Below, piece by piece: positions 36,681-49,159 of a stretch of DNA of 64,000 nucleotides. Below the pieces are notes generated by a model that saw only the letters and a program-made list of their open reading frames with translations, did not search any database and had not been told where the DNA came from. Both the position numbers and the translations under genes were made by a program. Each line of letters opens with the position of its first letter. Position 1 is the stretch's first letter. Source of the stretch: Octopus sinensis. Its lineage: Eukaryota. The stretch covers positions 23,498,001 to 23,562,000 of the forward strand of contig NC_042999.1 in NCBI RefSeq assembly GCF_006345805.1, read 5' to 3'.

Positions 36681-37499
36681 ACATTATTATGTATGTATAT
36701 TTATATAGCCGCAGGCGTGGCTGTGTGGCAAGAAGCTTGATTTCCAACAACGTGGTTTTGGGTTCAGTTCCACTGCATGACATCTTGGACAAGTGTTTCT
36801 ATTATAGCCTCGGGTCGACTGAAGTGGATTTGGTAGATGGAAACTGATAGAGTCCAATCGTATATATGTATATATATATATATCTATGGGTGTGTGCCCT
36901 CGTGTCTGTGTTTGTCCTCCTACCATCGCTTGACAACGTCTTTGCTTGGAAAGAAAGAGATGAGGTTTGGCGATAGGAAGGATATCCGGCTGTAGTATAT
37001 TCAACAAGTCTTCTACTCATGCACGCGTGTAAAAGTGGACCTTAATTGATGACTGAAACGAAATTAAATAGTCGACCTCGGCGGAATTTGAACTCAGAAC
37101 GTAACGGCAGACGAAATACCGCTAAGCATTTTGCCTGGCGTGCTAACGTTTCTGCCAGCTCGCCGCCTTTAGTCAAGCCCTTTCTATGGTTCTATCTCTC
37201 CTCTCCTTCTCTACTTACTTCTATCTCTCCTTCTCTCTACTTACTTTAGCATGGAAAACGATTTGCCATCCAAACAAACTGAAACGCTAGTCGGCATCAA
37301 CGGGTTTCATTAACACTTCGATTTCTCATGTCTAAGGGCCGCATTGTTACGTTGATGATGGCAGATGGCAGTTTTTTTTTAATCTGAAGATCATAAGTAA
37401 GAGTGGAACGCTCTCACTTGGCAATGTAAATCAATATTCGATGCTGTAAAATACTTTAACAAAACACCGTCGCCATAGTGCCCAATGTTTCAACGATTC

Positions 37500-38660
37500 T
37501 CTTAGTCTCTGGCATGGCAGTGTTACCAAGGAGCCTTACCTGTTCGGGACAAGCTCACAAGGCATGGAGGCAGCGACCCTTCGACCTGTCCAAGATGTGA
37601 GCGGGATAGGGAAACCGTTCCGCACGCTATTGTTCAGTGTGGGTTTATGCCGAACAACTGTTGTCAAGTACTCGAAGAGTACAGCTATCGACTGAGTCTA
37701 TAGTAAAAATTGACCCGCCTGATTTCCTTTCGAAAGAAAGTAAAAATTGTTTTCTCATTGTAGTAGCAATTGCGAGGGAGGTGATTTGGAAGACGAGATT
37801 GAAAGGATTAAAGTCAGGCACTTTTATCTCCGGCCGTGATTTGGTGAATTATTTCACCTTTCACCTTTAAAGGAAGATAGGGCTGGAGAGAAAATGCCTG
37901 ACTGTGAAAATGTTTGAAAATCGATGGAGGAATGCAGCACGGATGTTGCGAGTGACTGTAACCTCATGAATGCGACGCAGGACGTATCTCGGATCTTTTC
38001 GGTTTGAACCTCAGTTTTTTCTAGCGGTGTCATATGAAATTGTCACCCATAATTATGACCCTAGTATCGATCTATTGCATTTCAATCTATTTTAGGGTTA
38101 GTTAGGTTAGGGTTAGGGTTAGGGTCAGGGGTGGGGGGAAGGGTATCTTTTTTTCTTCACAAATGTAAATAAACCCAATCTGTTTCTTAAACGAGGGACA
38201 TATTCATACAGCACAGAATGCTTTTTTTTTTACCTCAATAGACGTCAGTGATTGGTTGAAATTGCAGAAATTGAAGAAAAAAAAACAACAAATATCTTAC
38301 AAACTATAAAATTTTTTCAATAAAGCCAAGAGAAAAAATGTTTTATAAACACATTCTACCAGTATACGAAGTTTAAAATTTTTTAGTTACCTAGAAATTA
38401 TGTTAAAAACTGCCGTTCAAACCGAAAAGATCCCGTATCTCAGGTATCAGGGGCGAGGCCGGGCTCGTGGGGTCTGAATTGAACCCGCCTTCCCACTTCA
38501 CCAGTAATGTCTTCCGGTCTGCCCTATCATTCGATTTATTTATATTTTTGGTATAAATTTTTAATGTCGTCTTTACGTTATATCCATCCCGTCCACCTGA
38601 CCCCAATCAGATTGTATTGTCCCTTATCTATGTTGTCCCCTTGTAGGAAATAAAAGAATC
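37500..38660 (+). mobile_element. Tx1/L1-group LINE 3' fragment with a MITE in its 3' UTR
   Basis: WQCYQGALPVRDKLTRHG..TCPRCERDRETVPHAIVQC (CCHC knuckle), IAREVIWKTRLK, FENRWR. Confidence 0.7.
37991..38433. mobile_element. Merlin-like MITE with (TTAGGG)n and 8-bp TSD
   Basis: TIR GGATCTTTTCGGTTTGAAC at both ends; TSD CGTATCTC at 37983-37990 and 38434-38441. Confidence 0.85.
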
Positions 38661-38696
38661 AAATTCTCTCAGTTCACAGCGACGACGACGACGACG

Positions 38697-38771
<75 letters not shown>

Positions 38772-39089
38772 AATAAACAAATGCTTAGCAGTTTTTGACA
38801 CACGAAGCATAGGAGAGTGGGTTTCTGGTTACTGAAGTAGGGTAGATAATGGACTTCACATAACAGGAAATGATGGGCACCTAGTCATCGGGTTCGACAA
38901 GATGCAATAGATCTCAAGTGCATATAAGTGTATGTAAGTGTGTATGCGTGTGTGGGTGGGGGGGGTGGAATAAATAGTGCTCGAATACCAAAGATAGAGT
39001 AGAATACGATTTTAGTGTGTATTATCGCAACTGCCTTATGATCGGTTACGTGAAACCCTGAGTAACAGCTTAGGAAGTATCTTTTTCGG

Positions 39090-40130
39090 CTTCAGTAAAA
39101 TAGTAAACATACATATATATACATACATACGTACATACATACATACAAGCATACATACATACATACATACATACATACATACATACATACATACATACAT
39201 ACATACATACATTCACATACAAGAATACATATATACAAGAATACATACATACATGCATACATACGTATATACATACATACGTACATACATACAAGCATAC
39301 ATACATATATACATACATATATATATATACTTACATGCATGCATACTACATACATACATGCATGCATACATACAGACATACATACATACATACATACATG
39401 CATGCATACATACATACATGCATGCATACATGCATACATGCATACATACATACATGCATACATGCATACATACATACATACATACATACATACATGCATA
39501 CATACATGCACACATACATACATACATATATACATACATGCATACATGCATACATTTATACATACATACAACCATACATACATGCATACATATATACATA
39601 CATACGTACATACATACAAGCACACATACATATATACATACATATATATATACTTACATGCATGCATACATACATGCATATATGCATACATACATATATA
39701 CATACATGCATGCATACATACATACATGCATACATGCATACATGCATACATACATATATACATACATGCATACATGCATACAAACATGCATACATGCATA
39801 CAAGCATACATACATACATACATATATACATACATGCATACATGCATGCATGCATGCATACATGCATACATAAAAACATACATACATGCATACATACATA
39901 CATATATACATACAAGCATACATACATACATACGTACATACATACATACATACATATATACATACATGCATACATGCATACATGCATACGTACATACACA
40001 CATACATACATACATGCATACATGCATACATGCATACATACATACACACATACATACATACATACATACATACATTCATACATACATACATACATACATA
40101 CATACATACATACATACATACATACATACA
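39090..40130. repeat. ~1-kb compound (CATA/CATG/TATA)n array
   Basis: Direct inspection. Confidence 0.95.
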
Positions 40131-40448
40131 AAAGTACCCTGTTGTTGATGTTGAAATCCTAATGAAGAAGCCTTGGATCTAGGTTAGAAACCAGTTCTTT
40201 CTCTATTGGCAAGAAATCTTGAAATAAAACGGAGCTATGACATACATGCATGCATGCATATATGTGTATATATATCAGGTTGGTGCAAAAGTAATGTCCG
40301 ATTTCTAGAAAAAATGTTTTAGAGCGAATTTATCAATTTTTTAACCTCTTTTTATAGTTTTAAGATATCTCTTGTGTCTAATTTGTACTATTTTCTTTCA
40401 GATTATCTAACTTCTGGCCATAATTCTCAGAAAATTTTACCCATGTTT

Positions 40449-40869
40449 AGGCGCAGGAGTGGCTGTGTGGTAAGTAGCTTGTTTACCAACCACATGGTTC
40501 CGGGTTCAGTCCCACTGCGTGGCACCTTGGGCGAGTGTCTTCTACTATAGCCTCGGGCCGACCAAAGCCTTGTGAGTGGATTTGGTAGACGGAAACTGAA
40601 AGAAGCCCGTCGTATATATGTATATATATTATATATATATTTGTGTGCGCGTAGGTTGTGTCCGTGTTTGGTCCCCTAGCATTGCTTGACAAACGATCTG
40701 GTGTGTTTTATGTCCCCGTCACTTAGCGGTTCGGCAAAAAGACCGATAGAATAAGTACTGGGCTTACAAAGAATAAGTCCCCGGGGTCGAGTTGCTCGAC
40801 TAAAGGCGGTGCTCCAGCATGGCCGCAGTCAAATGACTGAAACAAGTAAAAGAGTAAAGAGTAAAGAGT
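40449..40869 (+). mobile_element. SINE A inserted at the mariner start codon
   Basis: TSD ATGTTT at 40443-40448 and 40870-40875. Confidence 0.9.
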
Positions 40870-41569
40870 ATGTTTGTCTCATGTAAAGATCACATAAGAA
40901 ATGTTTTGTTCTATGAGTTTAAGTGCGACAGCAAGATCTATTCAGAGCACTTATGGGGATGATGTAGTGGAAGAAAAAAAGTTGCAGGCGGTGGTTTTTC
41001 CCTTTTCCGAAGTGGTGATTTCACTTTGAAAGAAGAGCCAAAAGAGGGCCATCCAAAAACACTTGATTCCGAAATGTTGTTAATACAGCCCTGTCACGGT
41101 GTGACCCTTTTCAAGGTAATCGATCAGCAAGACACCTTGAGAATCCCAAGAAACTGACGCCATGACCTTGCCAGTTGAAGGAATGACCTAGCCTTCTTTG
41201 GGGTAGGAGAAGATGTGTGCTTCCACTGGAACACGCAGAACATTAAGCGTGGCCCATACATCCATGGTACGCCAGCTAAAACACATTGGAAAGGTTTTCA
41301 GTGGCTGGAAAATGGGTCCCTCATGAGCAGTTTCCATAGAATCGACAACAGCGTGATGCTTGTTATCAATCATTGCTTTCGCGACACTTTCAAGCAACAT
41401 TTTTAGACAGGTTTGTTACAGGTGATGAGAAGTGGATTCTTTACCATAATGTTAAACGCCGCCGTTCTTGGATCAGTCAAGGAGGGCGGCCAATTCAACA
41501 ACCAAGAGCAGGACTTCATCCAAAGAAGATCATGTTGAGTGTATGGTGATATATTAAAGGAATTTTGGG

Positions 41570-41821
41570 ATTTGGTTTGCAAGATTCTTTATATGAGTTC
41601 GTGTGTTGAAGCATATGCTGTTGTGTCTGGGGAGAGTCATTTTCTTTTTGTGCCTTATAATATAACACACTCGCCGGTAAAATTTCCACTTTTTTCTTAT
41701 TTTTATTTTCCAAAAATTTTCGTTGCGTCTTGCGACCTTTTCAAGAAAAGAGTGTAAATTTTACCGGTGAGTGTGTTATATTATAAAGCACAAAAAGAAA
41801 ATGACTCTCCCCAGACACAAC
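41570..41821. mobile_element. Insertion with ~66-bp inverted repeats (41620-41821) plus an asymmetric flank
   Basis: GTTGTGTCTGGGGAGAGTCATTTTC.../...GAAAATGACTCTCCCCAGACACAAC; related copy at ~19650-19850. Confidence 0.7.
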
Positions 41822-42679
41822 CATTATGAACTGTTGGACAACAACCAAACAATTAATGCTAATCTTTACTGTGAGCAACTTCGTCGCTTGAAAACAGTTC
41901 TGAGCCAAAAGCGAGCATCCTTGGTTAACAGAAAGGGTGTCATCTTCCATCACGATAATGCTCGTCCTCACACAGCTCGACAGACAAGAACTCTCTTGGA
42001 AGAAGTTGGTTGGGAAATACTGCCTCATCCTCCATATTCTCCTGACCTTGTTCCTTCTGATTACCATTTGTTCCGACGACTACAGAACCATTTTCATTGA
42101 TTTTTTGTATATATATGGGGGGGGGGGGGGTTTAGGGTTAGGGGTGGGAGAAAAGGGTTTTCTGTTATCTTCAGAAATGTAAACAAAGCCACTTCCGGTG
42201 CCTACGGTACGTATACCGAAGGATCACCAAATTTTTTTTTTAAATCAACAATGTGTGGTCCAGAATAGGGGAGAAAACATTCGTGGGCTGCTCATGGGGT
42301 GAAAAACCCCATAAAAAACCATGGGTACCCTGAATTTTGGGGCAGGTGCTTTTTTTTTTAATGATGAAGAAATCACGAAATCACTGCCGACGCAACAGGC
42401 CTAACACAATAACTGAATATTCTTTACAACAACTGCCTCTTGCATGACCTTTGGCACGTGTTCGTTCCTAAAAGAATATTAAACGGTAAAACTTTATAAA
42501 CAATAATTGGAGACGGGAAATGAACAATGAGTCGTGTCACTTAACTGCAATCGGGTGTTTACATATAAGTGTGTGTTTGGAGGTTTTCAATGGTGAATGT
42601 ATGAACAAAGTGAAAAATGTACTAACGCAAATGTGAATTTAGTCTTTAAAAAAAAAGAAGAAAATTAGTAAACCCGATA

Positions 42680-42952
42680 AATCATCATCATCATCATCAA
42701 CGTCGTCGTCGTCATCGTCATCGTCGTCGTCATCATCATCACCATCATCGTCATCATCGAAGTCGTCGTCGTCGTCTTCATCATCATTATCATCGTCATC
42801 ATCGTCATCGCCGTCGTTGTCATCATTATCATCATCATCATCGCCGTCGTCGTTGTCGTCATCACTATCATCATCATCATCATCGCCGTTGACATTGTCG
42901 ACGTCGTCATCGTCGTCGTTATCATCATCATCATCATCATCATCACCACACC

Positions 42953-42986
<34 letters not shown>

Positions 42987-43050
42987 TCATCACCATCATC
43001 ACCATCATCATCATCATCGTCGTCGTCGTCGTCGTCATCATCATCATCAT
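42680..43050. repeat. (CAT/CGT/CAC)n trinucleotide array
   Basis: Direct inspection. Confidence 0.95.
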
Positions 43051-43069
43051 TATTATTTTAGATAACGCT

Positions 43070-43255
43070 TATGGCGGTCAGCTGGCAGAACCGTTACCGC
43101 GCCGGGCAAAATGCTTAGCGGCGTTTCACCCGTCTGTACAATCTGGGTTCAAAACCCTGCCGAGGTCGACTTCACCATTTTTTTCTTTCGGGGTCGACAA
43201 AATAAGCATCAGATGGGCACCGGAGTCGATGTAACCGAGTTAACCCCTCCCCCAC
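43070..43255 (+). mobile_element. Old, diverged SINE B relative
   Basis: GGCGGTCAGCTGGCAGAA head, GGGTTCAAAACCC B box, TTTCGGGGTCGACAAAATAAG block; a similar degenerate copy lies at ~9682-9900. Confidence 0.65.
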
Positions 43256-43268
43256 CTCGCTCCGAACC

Positions 43269-43590
43269 TTACAAAAACAAAGGTGACCGTGGTGATTGCA
43301 ACAATTACCGTGGAATATCTCTTCTCAGCACTGTTGGAAAGACCTTTGCTCGCGTAATCCTGACCAGGTTACAACTGCTTGCTTCTCGAATTTATCCAGA
43401 ATCGCAGTGTGACTTTAGAATAAGAAGATCAACTATTGACATGATATTCTCTATACGCCAACTTAAGAAGTTCAGAGAGTAGGAAATACCATTATATATG
43501 GCCTTCATTGATCTGACAAAGCCTTTGACTTGGTCAGTAAAAAGGGCCTCTTCATCCTGCTTCAAAAAATCGGATGTCCACAAAAGCTTA
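43269..43590 (+). mobile_element. RTE-clade RT fragment
   Basis: YKNKGDRGDCNNYRGISLLSTVGKTFARVIL..PESQCDFR..STIDMIFSIRQL..YMAFIDLTKAFD. Confidence 0.85.
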
Positions 43591-43673
43591 TATATATATC
43601 TTGTGACCGCGTGTGTACCGTTGGCGATTTTTTTCCCTCCATCTTCCCTTCTCTGGATCTTTCCTTTTCCTAT

Positions 43674-43708
43674 GTTTCTGACGAAGAGCTCCGCTCGAAA
43701 CGTGAAAC
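43674..43708 (+). ncRNA. Minimal HHR motif, probably inactivated (GTG at the cleavage triplet)
   Basis: GTTT-CTGACGA-A-GAGC-TCC-GCTC-GAAAC-GTG-AAAC. Confidence 0.55.
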
Positions 43709-43892
43709 CATCCTTCTTCCCTTCCTTCCTGAGCGTCCAATAATACTAAATTTGTTCCACGTCCTCGCGTTGTTGTGTTTCCTCTTTGTGTTTTTATGTT
43801 TGGATTAACTTTATATATATATATATATATAAGTTTAATCCAACATAAAAACACAAAGAGAAAACACAACAATATATATATATTATTATATA

Positions 43893-43935
<43 letters not shown>

Positions 43936-44041
43936 ATAAACTTACTTGGAAATGGATGCGTGGCTTTTAGTCGTATAATAGTATAAATAATATATATATA
44001 TATATAGGCATATATGCATACATACATGTATATGCTGTCTC

Positions 44042-44076
<35 letters not shown>

Positions 44077-44090
44077 CACATACACACACA

Positions 44091-44147
<57 letters not shown>

Positions 44148-44156
44148 GCATATATA

Positions 44157-44566
44157 GGTACTGGACGTCACAAAACGTAAACAACATGAAATATGAAAAC
44201 ATGAAATCCGAAATACGAAAAACAACATGAAATACTAAGACGAACGTTGGTTTGCGAAGAACGAGAGAAACAAATAAAAAACAAGGCAAGTAACATAAAG
44301 AACGACCCTACATCAGTTGGCGGCTGTTTATTTACTCCACATTTCAAGCAATTCATGACAATATATGTCTTTTAGAAAACAGTTGCTCCCGCTAACCAAC
44401 ACAAAATTTGGGAAGGCTCGTTCTTTATGCTACTTGTTTTGTTTTCTATTTGTTTCTCTCGTTGTTCGCGCAGAAATGTTTGTCGTCGTATTTCATGTTG
44501 TTTTTCGTATTTCGGATTTCATGTTTTCGTATTTCATGTTGTTTACGTTTTGTGACGTCCTGTACC
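44157..44566. mobile_element. Foldback element with ~155-bp arms in (TA)n
   Basis: GGTAC(T/A)GGACGTCACAAAACGTAAACAACATGAAATA... present in inverted orientation at both ends. Confidence 0.8.
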
Positions 44567-44572
44567 CATATA

Positions 44573-44626
<54 letters not shown>

Positions 44627-45086
44627 GAATTTTTTCCGTGTTAATTGTTAACAAATATATAATTATTATTTGAGGGAATAAAATCCAAACTTACAAGGAA
44701 AAGGAATTCAATTTAGAAATACTAAATCAAATTCCACACGATATAATATATATATATTAAAAATATAAGAAAAAAACCATAAATAACAATAACAAGTAAG
44801 GATTAACTAAACCTATTATATACATTTTTATTATTTTTGTAATTTACTTAATCTTTGCTTTTTATTGTTATTTTAATTTTAACTTTTCTATTATATGTAA
44901 TTTTCTAGATGTGTAATTTAATTATTCATTTTGAATTAATAAAAGGTGTTTTTTCTCTAATATTTCATATATATATATCTATATATATATATATATATAT
45001 ATATAATATGGTCAGTATGTAGATATATGTATGTATATATGCCTATATATATATATATGTATATTTCATTTATATATATATGTGTG

Positions 45087-45245
45087 CGACGGGCTTCTTT
45101 CAGTTTCCGTCTACCAAATCAATTCAAAATACTTTGGTCGGCTCGAGGCTATAGAGAAGACACTTGCTGAAGGTGTCACGCAGTGGGACTGAACCCGGAA
45201 CCATGTGGCTGGGAAGAAAGCTTCTTATCACACAGCTACACACAC
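45087..45245 (-). mobile_element. SINE A head fragment
   Basis: Reverse complement of head and body. Confidence 0.75.
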
Positions 45246-45526
45246 CACATGAACACACCACACACACACACACAGACACACACAGACACACGCAAACAAA
45301 CACACAGACACATTCATATACGTTTGTATTATTCATATGCGTATATAGTTTATATATATATGTATGCATGTGTGTGTGGGCGCGCACACTTCTGTTTGCA
45401 GGTGCTATATGACCGAAACTTCGGAGTCACTGTCAGCTTTGTCCCTATAAGAATAGAATAAATCTAAAACTGCCCAAAATAATATTGACTAATCTTTTCG
45501 TTACCGTCGCTTCATATATAACTATA

Positions 45527-45744
45527 TACTCTTTTACTCTTTTACTTGTTTCAGTCATTTGACTGCGGCCATGCTGGAGCACCACCTTTAGTCGAGCAAA
45601 TCGACCCCGGCACTTATTCTTTGTAAGCCTAGTACTTATTCTATCGGTCTCTTTTTGCCGAACCGCTAAGTGACGGGGACGTAAACACACAAGCATCGGT
45701 TGTCAAGCGATGGTGGGGCGACAAACACAGACATACAAACATAT

Positions 45745-45823
<79 letters not shown>

Positions 45824-45945
45824 TAGGACAGGCTTCTTTCAGTTTCCGTCTACCAAATCCACTCACAAGGCATTAGTCGACTCGAGGCTATAGCAGAAGA
45901 CACTTGCCCAAGATGCCACGCAGTGGGACTGAACCCGGAACCGTG
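45527..45945 (-). mobile_element. SINE family A, 5'-truncated
   Basis: Tail, internal (TA)n, body up to the B box. Confidence 0.85.
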
Positions 45946-46746
45946 AAAATTATTAATATTTACATACACACATGGTTTAACATTTTGGTACAGAGACAAC
46001 AGTTCTTGAAGAGATATATAAGTCGATTTCATCGACTCCAATACTTGAGTGGTCCTTATCATATCGATCTTGAAGAGATCGAAGTGCATGTCGACCTCGA
46101 CGGAATTTGAGGTCAAAACAGAAAAAACAGGTTAATGCCGTTAAGCATATACAAATACATAAGTACCTACATATGTACTTGCATTCATGCATACACATAC
46201 ATATACACAAATACATCGACTAGGTAGAGTGGCGGATCGAAAGAAAAATTATTAGCCTGTGGAACGAAGATGGCCAGGACAGAAGATAGTCGTGATTAAC
46301 GAAGCTGATATTAATAAGCACATGGAAAATATATCTAAATTTCTTGGAAATTTATAATTCAGAAAATCTCAGAGTGATTGAACGCCTACAGCACTTGAGA
46401 TAAGTAACTCTTGAATTTGGTAGATATAACAAGTGTTTTAGAGGAAAAGGGCGCATAGAAAGCCGAGAAGCAGAGGCGAGAATATGATAAAGGACACTTT
46501 AAACTCCATAATATTCTACTTGATGTCTGAATTAGGTTCTCAAACTCATTAGTCAAATCATCTCGTACATCTGTTACTCTCTGCAGGAACAGTAATAGGG
46601 GGAGTTCTTTCTATTGAAGGGAAGAAATTCGCGAACATATATGAAAGGATAGGTTTGTAGTTAAGAAATAAATCTTCTACTACATTCTCAGGCCGACCAA
46701 AGCCAAAGCCTTGTGAGTGCATTTGATCAACGGAATATGTGTACGC

Positions 46747-46827
<81 letters not shown>

Positions 46828-47071
46828 TGAGGGAAGATTATTCCAAACTTACAGGGAAAAATTCAATTTAGAAATACTAAATCAAATTTCACAAAATATT
46901 ATATATATATGAATTAGAATAAAACACCTTTTATCAATTCAATAATGAAAAAATTAAGTTATATCATTTAGAAAAATTACATCTTATAGAAAGATTAAAT
47001 ATAAGATAAAACATATACCAATGATTAAGTAATGGGGAAAATAATAAATAAAACATATATATTTGGTAGAA

Positions 47072-47153
47072 TAACTACACGTGTTTCGTGGCTATATTTA
47101 AGAATGATAATAGTAAAATCACTTCAATATAAATGTAGTCACTCTTCAGGTTA
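47072..47153 (-). ncRNA. Canonical minimal hammerhead ribozyme in an AT-rich pseudo-LTR
   Basis: TAAC-CTGAAGA-GTGACTA[41 nt]TAGCCAC-GAAAC-ACGT-GTA-GTTA. Confidence 0.75.
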
Positions 47154-47382
47154 AAGATAAAAACAATAAAATAATTAATTAGATAAATATAATCTTGTAA
47201 AATACGAAATATCTTAACAAATGTATTCTTGTGTAAATAAAAAATAGAATACAGATATATAAATATTTATTATATCTATAAAACTAAAATTTTAACATAT
47301 ATCAGAAAATAATAATAAACTATAATATATCATTATTATTAGGAAATAAAATACAATTAATTAAACTATTTAAACATAATAA

Positions 47383-47428
<46 letters not shown>

Positions 47429-47434
47429 GTATAT

Positions 47435-47467
<33 letters not shown>

Positions 47468-47540
47468 AAATACAAAATATACATTAAGTGAAAACTAAAT
47501 ACTATAATTTAATCTATATAATTAACTTAATTATTAATTA

Positions 47541-47724
47541 ATTGGTTGAAATTGCCGAAATACAAGAAATTAAACAAAAAATAGCTTACAAACTACATAA
47601 TTTTCTCAAGAACGCCAAGAGAAAAAGATGTTTTTGTGACACATTCTACAGGTACAGGAAGTTTTTAAATGTTTAGTTACAAAGAAATTAATTTTAAAAT
47701 CTGCCGGTCAAAGTGAAAAGATCC
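47541..47724. mobile_element. Right half of the Merlin-like MITE family
   Basis: ATTGGTTGAAATTGC...TGCCGGTCAAAGTGAAAAGATCC. Confidence 0.6.
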
Positions 47725-47779
47725 CGAAGCCCGTGTTGTGGCGGCGTATCTGAGGGAAGTCTTTTTTCTTTGGATATAG

Positions 47780-48191
47780 AGGCGTAGGAGTGGCTGTGTA
47801 GCAAGTAGCTCTCTTACGAACCATATGGTTCCGGGTCCAATCCCACTGCGTGACACCTTGGCCAGGTGTCTTCTGCTATAGCCTCGGGCCAACCAAAGAC
47901 TTGTGAGTGGATTTGGTAAACGGAAACTGAAAGAAGCCCGTCGTATATATGTATATATATATATGTATGTATGTGTGAGTGTAGATGTTTGTGTTTGTCC
48001 CCCCAACATCGCTTGATAACCGATGCTGGTGTGTTTACGTTACCGTAACTTAGCAGTTCGGCAAAAGAGACCGATAGAATAAGTACTAGGCTTACAAAGT
48101 ATAAGTCCTGGGGTCGATTTTCTCTACTAAAGGCGGTGCACCAGCATGGCCACAGTCAAACGACTGAAACAAATAAAAGAGTAAAAGAGTA
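47780..48191 (+). mobile_element. SINE family A
   Basis: Head, body, tail. Confidence 0.9.
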
Positions 48192-48381
48192 TATAATGTA
48201 AGCCATCTCAGTTTCCTGAGATGGCTTACATTATAACATAGTTTCCTTTCATCATTTTTGTGGATTCTTAATTCCTGGTTCGTGATGGTTTCAGATTTGT
48301 TATAAGCACACGTCCATGCTGCTTGCTTATTTATTTATTATTGATGTGTAAGCGAGAGACCGAGAAGAGACAGCAATGTGC

Positions 48382-48414
<33 letters not shown>

Positions 48415-48745
48415 ATGGTGGTGACTCCCTTCGGTCAGACACTGACCATGGGTTTGCACCTAGAGAGTTACCCTCTAAGGCACAAGTCTGGGCAAGGTTG
48501 TTTTATGGAAGACCAGCAGTCGCCCATGTATACTGGCCTCCCCTCTCCACACCATAAGTGTTGTCCAAGGGAAAGGCAAGGGCTGATACAGCTTGGCACC
48601 TGTGACGTCGCAACTCATTTCTACACTGAGAGAACTGGAGGAACGGGAAATAAAGTGTCTTGCTCAAGAACACAACACGCAGCCCGATCCGGGATTCGAG
48701 CTCACAACCTCACGATCGTAAGCTCGACGCTCTAACCACTGAGCC

Positions 48746-48751
<6 letters not shown>
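48415..48751 (-). mobile_element. tRNA-derived SINE family G
   Basis: GCGTGGCTCAGTGGTTAGAGC A box, GCTCGAATCCC B box, CORE/V-like TTCTTGAGCAAGACAC; its tail recurs at ~52400-52555 (+). Confidence 0.8.
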
Positions 48752-48805
<54 letters not shown>

Positions 48806-48823
48806 ATATTATATATATATATA

Positions 48824-48861
<38 letters not shown>

Positions 48862-48865
48862 TTAT

Positions 48866-49159
48866 ATGATCACCGTGACGTTGCTACACATCGCTGGATC
48901 GCTGGACACAATGCGCTGCGCATTGTCTTAGCCTTCAAATGACGCCACCCCACTGGCTAAGCGAGCGGGCCAACAGAAGAAAGAGTGTGAGAAAGTTGTG
49001 GCGAAAGAGTTTTCAGCAGGGACCGCCACCGCCCCCTGCCGGAGCTTCGTGGAGCTTGAGGTGTTTTCGCTCAATAAACACTCACAACGCCCGGTCTGGG
49101 AATCGAAACCGCGATCCTACAACCGCGAGTCCGCTGCCCTAACCACTAGGCCATTGCGC

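Larger units (their letters stand above)
40275..42095 (+). mobile_element. Decayed mariner (DD34D) transposon with several insertions
   Basis: TA|TCAGGTTGGTGCAAAAGTAAT TIR; MFVSCKDHIRNVLFYEFK, FRSGDFTLKEEP, WVPHE, FLDRFVTGDEKW, FHHDNARPHT, PHPPYSPDLVPSDYHLF; right TIR not seen. Confidence 0.9.

Noticed and set aside
38095-38130. Interstitial telomere from a chromosome fusion
   Set aside because: Only 3-4 hexamers, located inside a TSD-bounded MITE
41771-42100. Functional or domesticated mariner transposase gene
   Set aside because: The full frame has stops, frameshifts and three insertions
42665-43065. His-, Ser- and Met-rich ORFs
   Set aside because: Trinucleotide array open in several frames; no non-repetitive coding context or splice signals
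46256-46357. Possible host terminal exon (AG|PVERRWPGQKIVVINEADINKHMENISKFLGNL*)
   Set aside because: Weak acceptor, short, no recognisable homology; needs RNA-seq
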